A stretch of 64,000 nt of DNA from Candidatus Borrarchaeum weybense. GTDB taxonomy: Archaea; Asgardarchaeota; Sifarchaeia; Borrarchaeales; Borrarchaeaceae. The stretch covers positions 352,001 through 416,000 of the forward strand of contig JAHQJS010000006.1 in the NCBI GenBank assembly GCA_019057385.1. Reading direction: 5' to 3'. This document shows positions 29,619 to 39,648 of the stretch, one piece after another. The first letter of the stretch is position 1. Every line of letters begins with the position of its first letter. The notes under the pieces were generated by a model. The model worked only from the letters and a program-made list of their open reading frames with translations, was not told the origin of the DNA and ran no database searches. Position numbers and translations under genes: made by a program.

Positions 29619-30581
29619 ATGACTAGAACCAGAGTTTTCTTTACTACAGATGTACATGGATCAGAGCAATGTTGGCGCAAATTTCTCAATGTCACAACAT
29701 TTTATAAAGAGATTGACGTAGCTCTACTTGGTGGGGATACTACGGGTAAGGTTATTGTCCCGATTGTTGAACAAAACGATGGATCATGGAAGGCATCGTT
29801 TAATAAGGATTATCACGTAAAAACCGAAGAGGAACTTCAAGAAGTAGAGAGAATCATACGCTACTGTGGCTCATATCCCTTTCGAACCACACCTGGAGGT
29901 GTGGAAGAACTTGAAAATGATAAAAAGGCCTTAGATAAGTTATTTGATGAGGTAATCGTTTCGGAAATAGAACGTTGGATGGGTCTAGTTGAGGACAAGG
30001 TTCCAGAACATGTAAAAGTTATTGTGAACCCAGGTAACGATGATAGTTTTTTAATTGATGATGTCATCCGAAAGGCTGAAAGGGTCATTTATCCTTTAGA
30101 CGATGTGGTTTATCTCGATGATACTGAAAATCATCCAATGATAAGTTTAGAGTGGGTGAATCCAACACCTTGGAACTCTCCTAGAGAATGTTCCGAAAAA
30201 GAATTACGGAAAAAAATCGATAAATTATTTGACATGGTCGAACCAAGTGATTATAGAAAATTAATTTGTAATTTTCACACTCCGCCATATGGTACCCGTC
30301 TCGATGAAGCCCCAAAACTGACCAAAGATCTAAAGACAATTCAAGTTGCGGGTCACCAACTTACCCAACCGGTAGGTAGCAAAGCTGTACGCGAGGCAAT
30401 TCTTGAAAATGAACCTTTACTTGGCATTCATGGCCATATCCACGAATCTGCAGGAGCTGTAACGCTTGGCAAAACACAACTTGTAAATCCAGGTTCTGAA
30501 TATGGTGAAGGTATCTTAAGGGGATACATCATCGATTTAACAGAAGATGGCATTGAGAAGTTCTGGGGAACAAGAGGCTAA
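29619..30581 (+). CDS. Calcineurin-like metallophosphoesterase (Icc-related); ATG 29619 preferred over 29553
   Basis: TDVHGS, GGD, PGNDD, HTPP, HGHIHE, NPGSEY; SD GGAGGT. Confidence 0.9.
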   Translation: MTRTRVFFTTDVHGSEQCWRKFLNVTTFYKEIDVALLGGDTTGKVIVPIVEQNDGSWKASFNKDYHVKTEEELQEVERIIRYCGSYPFRTTPGGVEELENDKKALDKLFDEVIVSEIERWMGLVEDKVPEHVKVIVNPGNDDSFLIDDVIRKAERVIYPLDDVVYLDDTENHPMISLEWVNPTPWNSPRECSEKELRKKIDKLFDMVEPSDYRKLICNFHTPPYGTRLDEAPKLTKDLKTIQVAGHQLTQPVGSKAVREAILENEPLLGIHGHIHESAGAVTLGKTQLVNPGSEYGEGILRGYIIDLTEDGIEKFWGTRG

Positions 30582-30894
30582 ACAACTTCAAAGAGTAGAG
30601 GAATTTCATGCAAAGTTAGTTATACACTCTATTCATCAAAGACCTTGAAATGCTATTGATTGTCAATGACACAGCTAGAATCAAATACTGAAGCAGCTAT
30701 TTTCGAGAAGCCAAGCTATTCCTCTTTCTACTTAAAAATATTTTAGGGCTGGTCTTTCTATTAATGGGAATTGATAATAATTATAAAGTGTGGATCATAT
30801 ACATAATTTCACATCTCGGATCGTAAGGTTAGTTGTTCAACAAAGATGATAATAGAAAACATTGGATGCCAAAGGTAGCTTGTGAGGATTTAAT

Positions 30895-31596
30895 TTGAGT
30901 AAAAAGACCTATGAAAAAGATAAAATCATTTCAGCCAAAAGTTTAGGAGGGGTAGCTGCTGTTTTACTTGTAGTAGGCGTGTTTATAATTCTTGCTTATC
31001 CCTATATCGGAATTTCTATGATTTTTATAGGTATTGGATCGCTTATCTATACAATGAGGACTCAAAGAGGTACAATTGAAACTCTCGCCGAAGAGGATTT
31101 CGTCGATTATTTGAGAACAAGAGTTAAGAAAAATAAAGGCATCGCAATCTGGTATGACATACAGGAAGACGTGTCTCTCTATAAAGCTAAGGCTAGATAT
31201 CTTCTTACAGGTAATACTGGGAAGGCTGATGGTGTATTCCTTGCGCGTATAGCTGCTGTAATGACACCACAGTGGGACGTAGTTACTATGATCTTCGATT
31301 TCAAAGACTGGGTGACAAAGTCAAATATAGTTGATGTTATCAAATCTGCAGAAAGATACGTGCTGGAGAAAAAATTAAAATTTATATTTATTATTGTAAA
31401 TGGTCGCGGATTTGAGCGTCCAGCAAAGGACGTCACTTTGGATGTTAAAACACGGGAAATCGGGCTAGTACTTACCGATCCAACGCGCAAAATCGTAGTG
31501 CGGGCAGATACATGGTTAAGCAAACAAATCCTCAAAATGATAAAACTCAAGGATTTCAAGACGCTGACGACGAAAAGAGAGATGGAGTTTGATTAA
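30895..31596 (+). CDS. Hypothetical membrane protein (two N-terminal TM helices)
   Basis: 233-aa ORF with SD GAGG and hydrophobic hairpin at residues ~17-54. Confidence 0.7.
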   Translation: MSKKTYEKDKIISAKSLGGVAAVLLVVGVFIILAYPYIGISMIFIGIGSLIYTMRTQRGTIETLAEEDFVDYLRTRVKKNKGIAIWYDIQEDVSLYKAKARYLLTGNTGKADGVFLARIAAVMTPQWDVVTMIFDFKDWVTKSNIVDVIKSAERYVLEKKLKFIFIIVNGRGFERPAKDVTLDVKTREIGLVLTDPTRKIVVRADTWLSKQILKMIKLKDFKTLTTKREMEFD

Positions 31597-31634
31597 CCGA
31601 TTGGTTGGCTTATTAAATAAGCCAGAATAATTTT

Positions 31635-32780
31635 TTAGTGGCCCTCAAAGATTTCTGGTGTTTCCACGTCAAGGTTCCACCAAGGTTTACTCCACTTTTT
31701 GTCAGATTTAGGAAGCTGTTCTAAAAGATCTTCAATTTTGGTCGTAATGTCGGATATTTGACTGGGTGATGCTCCAGTTGATTCAAGAAAATCTTTATTA
31801 TGTAAGATATTCGCAAGGTTTAAGCGAACAGTTTTAAGGATTTTTTTATCCGAGAGGATTTTCTTCAACTTTTCTACATCAATTGCTTCTGGTCCTTCAT
31901 CAAGAGGATGATCAAGGAAGGCTGCACTCACATCTTTTATATCTTTCTTTTCCATCCCTATGACAATCTTATCTTTATTATAGTGATCGTAGTGAAGTTG
32001 CCTATATAAGACTCCTGCTGCTTCTAGCTCAGGAATGACATCTTTGCCCATATCCAATATAAATTGGCATTTCGTAGCGATCATTTTTTCTAGACCGATA
32101 GTATATAACAGTTTTTTCGGGTCTTCTTTGAGTTCATCCTCGACATTAACCGTGTGCCTCATGTCAATTTCATTCGTCAGGATGTCCATAACTTCCACTG
32201 TCGGATGGTCGTTTTCATTACCTAGTGATTTGATCGAACGTACGCGATGCCGGCGGCCGCGCCTCTGCATGGTAAAGATTTTGTCACTCGTACTTATAAA
32301 GTGCAGAAACATGGTCCCATAAAGATCGCCAAGCGCAAGAAGGAGCTTTCTTACCTCGCCTCCCTGTTTTCTGGGTACGACAATATCAATGTCGTGCAGA
32401 ACTCTTTCAAATACACCGCCAGCATTACAACTTGGGCAATGGAGTTTAAATGCACCGCCGCCGAAAATAAGGATCTTCACGGGTTTTTTTGATATTCTTT
32501 TCTCTATTATGTCAGGAAACTCTTCATGAAGTATATGGGCTTTTTCTGCCGCCTTTAGCATAACCAATGCGCCTTTTATCGGAAGATAATCTAAATCAAC
32601 GTAAGAGGGAATACCTAACTCATCCCTTAGAACAGGAAATTCTTCTGGCGTCACCTTTGAAGTCAGAGGTAACTCAACTTCTACTCGATAAATGCCACCT
32701 GGTTCCTCATAGAGTACGATTTTTTCATTAGTAGGCATTTCTATCCACCTAATAGCAGTCTCTTCAATGAAATTTGACAT
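31635..32780 (-). CDS. Nucleotidyltransferase-fold protein of unknown function
   Basis: FGGGAFKLH...HDIDIV (hGG-x-DhD pattern), later KKDIKD. Confidence 0.65.
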   Translation of the reverse strand: MSNFIEETAIRWIEMPTNEKIVLYEEPGGIYRVEVELPLTSKVTPEEFPVLRDELGIPSYVDLDYLPIKGALVMLKAAEKAHILHEEFPDIIEKRISKKPVKILIFGGGAFKLHCPSCNAGGVFERVLHDIDIVVPRKQGGEVRKLLLALGDLYGTMFLHFISTSDKIFTMQRRGRRHRVRSIKSLGNENDHPTVEVMDILTNEIDMRHTVNVEDELKEDPKKLLYTIGLEKMIATKCQFILDMGKDVIPELEAAGVLYRQLHYDHYNKDKIVIGMEKKDIKDVSAAFLDHPLDEGPEAIDVEKLKKILSDKKILKTVRLNLANILHNKDFLESTGASPSQISDITTKIEDLLEQLPKSDKKWSKPWWNLDVETPEIFEGH

Positions 32781-32924
32781 TGATGCGTTCAGGATGAGAA
32801 TGTAAACGTTTCTAATGTATTATAAAACCATTAAGTAGAACCCGATTATTATTAAATTTTCAGATATTAAAGTGTGCTTATAGTAATAACGTGTTTACTA
32901 GAACCTCACGGAATATCAACAGCG

Positions 32925-33134
32925 TTACCGCGTGAGAAACACAAACACAACTACGACTATTAATGCACCAATAATTGCGAGCAGTTGATACTGCTGACGC
33001 CTTTTAAACTTGTTATAGTCTATTTCACACTCTGGTGAGCAATATTCTCGCCCAAACGGGACAGAAACACCACAGTTTTTACAATGTGTATGTTTTAAGA
33101 GCCCTTCTGGTTTTTTAATACGTTTTGTACTCAT
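32925..33134 (-). CDS. DUF2116-like zinc-ribbon membrane protein
   Basis: HTHCKNCG...YCSPEC plus C-terminal TM helix. Confidence 0.85.
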   Translation of the reverse strand: MSTKRIKKPEGLLKHTHCKNCGVSVPFGREYCSPECEIDYNKFKRRQQYQLLAIIGALIVVVVFVFLTR

Positions 33135-33264
33135 CGTTCATCGGTCCTTCCAATTTTTCGCTCATCCACATGTATCACACGTTCTATATAAATTGTAAGT
33201 GATGAAGTCTGAACTTATTTATAATTATTAAAATGAGTATAATGACATTTTTCGTTATCGAAAC

Positions 33265-33717
33265 TTAGTAGGTTATTTTCAATTTGATATCAAATAGGTT
33301 TTCGTTATACCACTGAAAAGCCTTCATGTTCATTTTCTCCTGCTCTCGGTTGAGAGATTGAATTATTATCCACACATTTTGATGTAACTTCATGTATTCA
33401 AGATCCCATGGTGATGGATTCGGTTGTGCAGGATGTGAATGAAAGATTCCTAAGAATTCAAGTCCTGACTCTTCGGCGGATATAAGAATGGCATAAAACA
33501 ACTCAGGATCGATGTAAAATCTCACAGTAGGATTTTCAGCACTATTTTCGGTTTCAACAACGTCCCGAATTACCGCTTTGTTATTTTCGATATGTCCAAA
33601 TAAAACTCCGCATCCTTCCAGCGGATAGCTTTTTCTTGCTACTTCTAGCATTTTGCAGTGTAAGCTCTTTGTTAATACGACCTCTTCGAAAAGGGGCACG
33701 AACATCGCCAATATCAT
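33265..33717 (-). CDS. JAMM/MPN+ metallopeptidase (M67)
   Basis: PLEGCGVLFG and FHSHP...PSPWD. Confidence 0.92.
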   Translation of the reverse strand: MILAMFVPLFEEVVLTKSLHCKMLEVARKSYPLEGCGVLFGHIENNKAVIRDVVETENSAENPTVRFYIDPELFYAILISAEESGLEFLGIFHSHPAQPNPSPWDLEYMKLHQNVWIIIQSLNREQEKMNMKAFQWYNENLFDIKLKITY

Positions 33718-33835
33718 TCTTAGGTTATTCAGATAGTTCTTTTTGAAATCTCTTAATAAATCTCAACGGATAATAAAAATAACATTTAGGAATGATGGTG
33801 TAAGTAACCAAACTCAGATTATGTAGCGTCTTAAA

Positions 33836-34042
33836 CTATTCTTGCTGTTTCTCTTTAACCCACTGTTTTAGCGTGATTTCTGCTGAACCACATTTCGGGC
33901 ATGTAGGATGTAATTTGAATAGTCCATCTTCATCTTCAAATTGTTTATACTCCGCCTCTTGAAAGTGGTGGTCGCACTTGGTACAAATGTACTCGTCAGG
34001 TCTATCCATCAACCTCTTCTCCACTAATTTTACTACTAACAA
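33836..34042 (-). CDS. Small zinc-ribbon protein
   Basis: YICTKC and CPKCGS. Confidence 0.7.
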   Translation of the reverse strand: MLVVKLVEKRLMDRPDEYICTKCDHHFQEAEYKQFEDEDGLFKLHPTCPKCGSAEITLKQWVKEKQQE

Positions 34043-34190
34043 TTTGTGCTTCTTCCATAAAAAGCTTATGGCATAAAAGCGATGGTTTTTTAAAAACTGA
34101 CTGTAATGGTTTGATCGATAGTTGTTTCAAATTTTCAACCTATAACATTTTTATTGATTATAAGTGAAAGTTGTTGAGTGGTGGACGTAG

Positions 34191-34655
34191 TTGTATACAT
34201 TATGGCAAAACAAGATGAATAGGACCATGATACTCGGTCTAATTGTTGCTGGCATTTGCATTGGGGTAACTTTCTGGATCTGGGGTGATCCAGGAAGATT
34301 TAGGTTAATTTCTGACATCAGAACTGAACCGCTTAGTATAGGTGAGGATTTCACTTACAGAATATCGCTGATAACCTTTGTACGCGTGCTTTTGCTCATT
34401 TTCTTCTATGTTGGTTTCGTCCTAGCTTTGGCAACATATCGTGAAGGGGCTGGAGATCTTCCAGGATGGTATGAAGTACTCCTCCCAGCTGTGTTTACTG
34501 CTATCATAACATATTTCATCTGGGATTACCCAAGAACAGCACCTGAGGAAATTGTGCAGTGGTTGTATGCTTGGCATCTTTATTATGTCCTGATTGGTAT
34601 TTTCCTGTTTATTCTCTATGTGCATTATTCAACATATGAATATGAAAAAACGTGA
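34191..34655 (+). CDS. Hypothetical 4-TM membrane protein (start uncertain)
   Basis: Four hydrophobic segments. Confidence 0.7.
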   Translation: MYTLWQNKMNRTMILGLIVAGICIGVTFWIWGDPGRFRLISDIRTEPLSIGEDFTYRISLITFVRVLLLIFFYVGFVLALATYREGAGDLPGWYEVLLPAVFTAIITYFIWDYPRTAPEEIVQWLYAWHLYYVLIGIFLFILYVHYSTYEYEKT

Positions 34656-34723
34656 ATTTCAGGGTGCATACTCTATTTTTCTACTTTTTCGCTGTTTTTT
34701 GTTTTCAGGTCGTGTAGAACTCC

Positions 34724-35797
34724 ATGAATCGGGAATTTGGAATCGTTTACAATTCTAAGTATTCAAATGTTAAAAATCCACCTAATCATCCTCTTCAAGG
34801 AAGTCGTTACTTAAAAAGTATAGAATTTTTTGAAGAGATTGGACTTCTTAGTATGCCAAACATTAAATTGATTGACCCGGAACCTGCAACTACTGATGAA
34901 ATCTTACTCGCGCATACAAAAGATCATTTGGAGTTAGTTAAGAGACTTAGTGAAATTGGAAAGGGCCAATTTGATCACGATACTCCAGCTTATAAAGGAA
35001 TTTACGAAGTTGCACTTTTAACAACTGGAGGGTCGCTTACAGCGATGCGTTCCATATTAAGAGGAGATGTAGAATGTGCAATGAATCTTTCGGGAGGATT
35101 TCATCATGCAAAACCAGATCAAGCGCGAGGATATTGCATATTTAACGACGTCAATATCTTAGGGACGATTTTATTAAATTCTGGGATTCAGCGAGTGTTA
35201 TATGTTGAAATTGATGCCCATTTTGGTGATGGAACATACCATTTTTATAAAGAGAGCCCCAAATTCTTTACACTTTCATTTCACGAAAGCGGCGAATCTT
35301 TATATCCCTATTATGATGATCATCTTTTCGGTGAAGGCGAAGGATATGGTTATCATGTGAACGTTCCACTTCCGATTTGGACTGATGATAATGCGTTTCT
35401 TTATGCATTTCGGTCGATATTCTTACCTGTTGTTTCTTCGTTCAAGCCCGAATTTATTATATTCCAAAGCGGAGTTGATGGACACTGTCGTGATTGGCAG
35501 TCTCACCTTTTGTTGACTAAGAGAGTCTATCAAGAAGTGGCTCGTTTTATAAGAAACGTTATGGATAGTAACAAAACGAAATTGATAGTTCTTGGTGGTG
35601 GAGGTTATGATCCTATGGCTGCAGCTTTGTGTTGGGCATCCATGATAAATGAATTAGCCGATTTGCAGTTAAATCTTACTGGATATGATGATGAATGTGA
35701 AAAGGAGCCTTATGAGAACGTTAATACGATGGAGAAAATAGAACAAATTGTAGATGGACTATCTCCTTTTTTAAGTCCAGAAAAACCCTCTAGATGA
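34724..35797 (+). CDS. Histone deacetylase family protein (AcuC-like)
   Basis: GGFHHA, GYCIFND, IDAHFGDG, SFHE, NVPLP, QSGVD, GGGGY. Confidence 0.94.
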   Translation: MNREFGIVYNSKYSNVKNPPNHPLQGSRYLKSIEFFEEIGLLSMPNIKLIDPEPATTDEILLAHTKDHLELVKRLSEIGKGQFDHDTPAYKGIYEVALLTTGGSLTAMRSILRGDVECAMNLSGGFHHAKPDQARGYCIFNDVNILGTILLNSGIQRVLYVEIDAHFGDGTYHFYKESPKFFTLSFHESGESLYPYYDDHLFGEGEGYGYHVNVPLPIWTDDNAFLYAFRSIFLPVVSSFKPEFIIFQSGVDGHCRDWQSHLLLTKRVYQEVARFIRNVMDSNKTKLIVLGGGGYDPMAAALCWASMINELADLQLNLTGYDDECEKEPYENVNTMEKIEQIVDGLSPFLSPEKPSR

Positions 35798-36160
35798 ACT
35801 CGTAAGTTATTTCTTCCTATCAATTTCCTGATTCTTAAGAAAAAAGGAATAACAAGAAGTAAATATGTATGTTAAAAATGTAGTATTAGTTTAAAGAAAG
35901 AGGCGGTGCGGTTGAATGAAAGAAGAGAGTGCAAATAAATACGAAGAACTTATACAAATGTTAAGAGAGAGTCCTTTAGGATATGCCTGGTCTTTCTTTT
36001 GTTTTATTTGATATCAGCGAGAAGACCCCTTCCGAGAGGGAAGGGATGAATCGCTGACCGCGTTTCTTCCTCTTTCTCACACCTCCGATAAGACATCATC
36101 TATAACTAAGTAAGTGAGCGCGTACGGGGAGCGTGGGAACACCATATGTTTGTTAGTTAT

Positions 36161-37384
36161 TTAGTATGGGCAGTTGAACTGCAAGCCGCTGCCATACCTC
36201 ACCAATTTCACGTGTTTGACCTGGGTATTAACGGTAGCGCCGGTTGGGGTTTTCAAGCGCACCCAGCGCCCCCGGTTGAATATCCCCTTGACCTGGCACC
36301 GCTGTCCCTCATAGGAGATCAGGTCATGAGGCTGTAAGGCGTACCGTTGTGTTCGGATGCTGCGTCCATATCCTTTTCTATTCATTTGGATACTTCGATT
36401 GTTGCGCCGGGGTTGCATCACCATAAAGGGTCGACACCTGGTTTGCTGGCGGCCTCCGGCGATGATAAAGGCGTCATTGGGGTGTGATTTGGCTAACCCC
36501 ACCTCAAGCCGTCGTTGCTTGGTGAGGTAGCCGTAAGTGTGGTTACATTCCAACTGGTCAACCAGTTGCCATCGGACCAAATTCATGAAGGCCGCACTTT
36601 TCAGTGATGCCTTCGCCTGCCGGTGGATTTCAGGGTGTCCGAACTCGGTAGCGGTCCGATCGCCTTTGTGTTGATTGCAGCGCTCACAACTCAGGGTGAG
36701 GTTCAAGACCCGATCACTGCCACCCCGTGACCTGGGGATGATATGTTCCACCTGAAGCGGCACTCCAGTCTTGCCGCAATAGACGCACTTTCGTCCCCAT
36801 TTTTCCAAGAGATACTCTCGTATATGATAGCCTTGCAAGGTTCCCTGTTGATATTCGACCCCTGAGATTTCCGGGTTTTGTAGCAACTGGGTATCAAAGG
36901 TAGCCACCTCCAGTTCGGTACGGCTGACGGGTACCAGGGTCTTAATCGTGTCAATCAGGGTGATATGCGCTTGCTTCTTATGGCGGAGAGAGGGAGCTAA
37001 CCAACCCTGCTCCCGTTTCCGGTTGTCAAACCTCGGCGCCCGATATCGGGTATTGCGGCTGCGCCGGTTTCTTCGATAATTTCTCCTCTGCTCCAATTTC
37101 TTAGACATGTCGTTTCGTAAAACCAACTCGCCCGTCAGCAGTTCCTCTTTTTCTGCAACGGCGGAAAACCCCACCTTTGAATAGCCGCTATCCACCCCCA
37201 GCGTCACCTGGGTAGTATAGCCCATTTCTCGGTCTCGCAAGCGAATACTGAACGGCAATCGCGCTACCACTTTCGCCCCACCTTTTTTTACCAGGAGTCT
37301 ACCTCTGGCTGGAGTGGTGGGATCTAAGGGGTTCCCTTGTGCAGATTGAACGTAGACTTTAATCAGCAACGTTAAGGTCTCCAA
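36161..37384 (-). CDS. iscB: RNA-guided endonuclease IscB
   Basis: PLDP (PLMP domain), RuvC-I LGVDSG, Arg-rich bridge helix RRNYRRNRR, RuvC-II ELEVA, HNH CVYC..EHIIP..CERCN, RuvC-III SHPNDA. Confidence 0.96.
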   Translation of the reverse strand: METLTLLIKVYVQSAQGNPLDPTTPARGRLLVKKGGAKVVARLPFSIRLRDREMGYTTQVTLGVDSGYSKVGFSAVAEKEELLTGELVLRNDMSKKLEQRRNYRRNRRSRNTRYRAPRFDNRKREQGWLAPSLRHKKQAHITLIDTIKTLVPVSRTELEVATFDTQLLQNPEISGVEYQQGTLQGYHIREYLLEKWGRKCVYCGKTGVPLQVEHIIPRSRGGSDRVLNLTLSCERCNQHKGDRTATEFGHPEIHRQAKASLKSAAFMNLVRWQLVDQLECNHTYGYLTKQRRLEVGLAKSHPNDAFIIAGGRQQTRCRPFMVMQPRRNNRSIQMNRKGYGRSIRTQRYALQPHDLISYEGQRCQVKGIFNRGRWVRLKTPTGATVNTQVKHVKLVRYGSGLQFNCPY

Positions 37385-37388
37385 AACT

Positions 37389-37682
37389 AACTATCTTTAA
37401 CGACCTGTAAAGGTCAGCTCCGCAACCGCGGGTAGGTCCTCATCGCCAATGTTGGGGCAGGCACAAAACATGATGATGGTGCAGGTCTCAGGATAGCGAC
37501 CTGGGTCGTCCACCATGTCTTTCAGAGCCCGGAACTTGAGGAGCATTCCGGGGTGATTTTCAGACACTCAGCACCGAACGTAGTTCATCTGCCTCCACCC
37601 TACAGGAGACATCACTCAGGCTAATCTCCACCCCTCTACAGGGACTCTTTCAAGCCTCTTCCGACAGGGAGGGGTAGTTGAC
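37389..37682 (-). ncRNA. IscB omegaRNA scaffold (HEARO-like); guide predicted from 37683 outward
   Basis: Starts GTCAACTACCCC, contains CTACGTT, GGAATGCTCCTCAAGTTCC, CAACATTGGCGA; immediately upstream of iscB. Confidence 0.9.
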
Positions 37683-37711
37683 TTTCATGCTTCTCGATTA
37701 TCGACTGCAAT

Positions 37712-37962
37712 CGGAGTATGCACCTTGTCTGCAAGTGTGCGTATGATCTCTCCGAATGCGGCGGATAACATAGTCTGAGCTGTGATGCTACCAAGAGCCG
37801 TAGTTTTGTATCGATCCCTGCTTGCCTTCCTCCCGATAGTCATCACCGTATGAGAGATACACCACTATTTAAGTATTAAGGAGACCCCCTGATGAAAGTG
37901 AACGCACACTACCGCAATTCATCACCACGCTGAAGTGGTGGTGCTTTCTTGCGTAGTTGTCC
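37712..37962 (-). mobile_element. Non-autonomous IS200/IS605-family element (~250 bp); inner boundary uncertain (37703 or 37712)
   Basis: Left-end-type hairpin CAATTCATCACCACGCTGAAGTGGTGGTGCTTTCTTGCG beside GTAAA (37963-67); second hairpin at 37717-37743. Confidence 0.6.
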
Positions 37963-38175
37963 GTAAAAGCAAATATATTGCAATTATTTTTGTAGTCCTT
38001 TCCTTTATTCTCGTCATTTCCATAATTTATTCAATTTATCTTGGAATGAAACTTTTTGGGATAGTCCAAATATTAGAAAATATGACCACCTAATACGATT
38101 AAAAAATAAACAGACTTGTAGGCGAATATTTCTTCTCTTACTGAGCGTTTGAAAATATGGAGACTGATAGCGTCA

Positions 38176-38571
38176 CTATTTCAGGTCCTCAGAAAGCGTT
38201 TTAGCATCTTTTCCTCGCCTCTTAACCATTATAGACGAGTCCTGCCCTGTATAACGACGTTCCACGGCTTTTATATCTACTAGAGTTAATTTTTCTTCGA
38301 TTACGTGATTTACGTACATTACCATGATAGTCTCTTCAATCTTTATCGCTAAAGATTCATTTTGTTGTCTAATCTTACCTAAGTATACTAAGGCATCAGG
38401 CATTAGTAGTTGCTGTATCAACTGTTTTTTTCGCATTTCAAGGTCTTTCTTTTTCATTTCTGCGCTTTTTTCCATTTCTTTTTCTTTCTGTTTTTTTTCC
38501 ATTGCTTTCAGTAACTCTGCTCTTTTTTTTGCTCTGATTTTCTCAAGTTCTGAGTCATCCATGAGACTCAC
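38176..38571 (-). CDS. PDCD5/TFAR19-like DNA-binding protein
   Basis: DSELEKIRAKKRAEL, LIQQLLMPDALVYLGKI, IMVKRRG. Confidence 0.75.
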   Translation of the reverse strand: MSLMDDSELEKIRAKKRAELLKAMEKKQKEKEMEKSAEMKKKDLEMRKKQLIQQLLMPDALVYLGKIRQQNESLAIKIEETIMVMYVNHVIEEKLTLVDIKAVERRYTGQDSSIMVKRRGKDAKTLSEDLK

Positions 38572-38777
38572 CTAACGCCACAGCGTTTCTTATATTATAT
38601 TTCCTTCTTTTTCTTTCTAGAGTTCGCTATGAAACTGCAAAGACAATTAGTACGTTTTTTCCGACTTTTTATAAAATAGAGAACTTAAAAATCTTATGGC
38701 TTGAAGTTAATAATCCTAAATCATCAAAATATGTTTCTCATATAACTAGTAATTCTCCAAAGTATTTTTTCCTGCTT

Positions 38778-39305
38778 TCAAGTTAAAAAACGCTCAAAAA
38801 GTATTTCATCAATGTATTCATCTGCAATCTTAAACTGCTTCTTTCTTCTTCCCGCTTCCCGAAAACCAAATTTTTTATAAAGAGCGATGGCAATTCGGTT
38901 TGTGTGAAACGTACTAAGACATATTTTTTCAAATCCTAGATGTTTTGCATTCTCTATCGTTTTCTTAAGCAATTCGCTACCTACACCTTTTCCTCTGTAA
39001 TCAGGGTCTACTATAATTCCAATTTCACACACATGCTGAGCAGCATCGTCTTCTAAACGTTCCAATTGAATTTGTCCTACTAACTCACCTTGAATTTCTG
39101 CTACTATAATTAAATCATAATTTCCAAGATCAAACCATCCATTCGTGACTTCTTCAATTGTTATTTCCTGCAGCGTAGGTAAAAACTGCTTTTCTTTAAC
39201 AACCTTGTTAAACATCTTTTTTAGACTAATAATGTCTTCTTTGGTTGAAAATCGCACTTTAATATCATTTGTTTTGTATTTTGATGATTCTTTTTTATCG
39301 GACAT
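38778..39305 (-). CDS. GNAT family acetyltransferase
   Basis: VDPDYRGKGVG, NRIAIALYKKFGF. Confidence 0.93.
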   Translation of the reverse strand: MSDKKESSKYKTNDIKVRFSTKEDIISLKKMFNKVVKEKQFLPTLQEITIEEVTNGWFDLGNYDLIIVAEIQGELVGQIQLERLEDDAAQHVCEIGIIVDPDYRGKGVGSELLKKTIENAKHLGFEKICLSTFHTNRIAIALYKKFGFREAGRRKKQFKIADEYIDEILFERFLT

Positions 39306-39399
39306 TTGACATCCATCTACGAAACATCATCGGATTCGGAAACCAATGTTTTTCTGAAAAGTTTAGTTTATTGAATCTTCTCGCTGCCTTTAACTTTAT

Positions 39400-39437
39400 C
39401 GGAGGGAAATCCCATCAGTCAAGGTGGGGTAGTTCAT
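39400..39437. mobile_element. 38-bp single-hairpin IS200/IS605-derived mini element (PATE/REP-like)
   Basis: TTTAT at 39395-39399, hairpin CCCATC-AGTCA-AGGTGGG, ends GGGGTAGTTCAT like the iscB element right end. Confidence 0.6.
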
Positions 39438-39648
39438 GTATGCTTTTTTCATAACTCAAGAGAAAAACGCTTCTAGTGTACTAATGCTTTATCTAAGAGC
39501 GAATAATTCTTAATTACTGCTAGACAATAGTTATTTAAGAGGGATTGCTCTTTTAAAATAATGGCATTTAGTACATCACCAAATCATTAGAATGGTTAAA
39601 TACACGCCCCAAAGAGAGTGTCTGATCTAACGTTAGAGGAATAATGTG

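Larger units (their letters stand above)
36008..37682. mobile_element. IS200/IS605-family iscB element lacking tnpA
   Basis: TTTAT target at 36003-36007 then left-end hairpin (CCCCTTCC-GAGAG-GGAAGGG); right-end hairpin ending GGGGTAGTTGAC at 37682. Confidence 0.88.
35916..38093 (+). pseudogene. Small two-TM protein gene split by two IS200/IS605-family insertions (pieces 35916-36007, 37683-~37711, 37963-38093)
   Basis: Pieces join in frame to MKEESANK...WSFFCFIFMLLDY...KSKYIAIIFVVLSFIL...MTT*. Confidence 0.6.

Noticed and set aside
33265-34042. Ubiquitin-system operon around the JAMM protease
   Set aside because: No ubiquitin-like, E1, E2 or RING gene adjacent.
37685-37843. 52-codon minus-strand ORF as a tnpA remnant
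   Set aside because: No HUH or catalytic Tyr motif in any frame.
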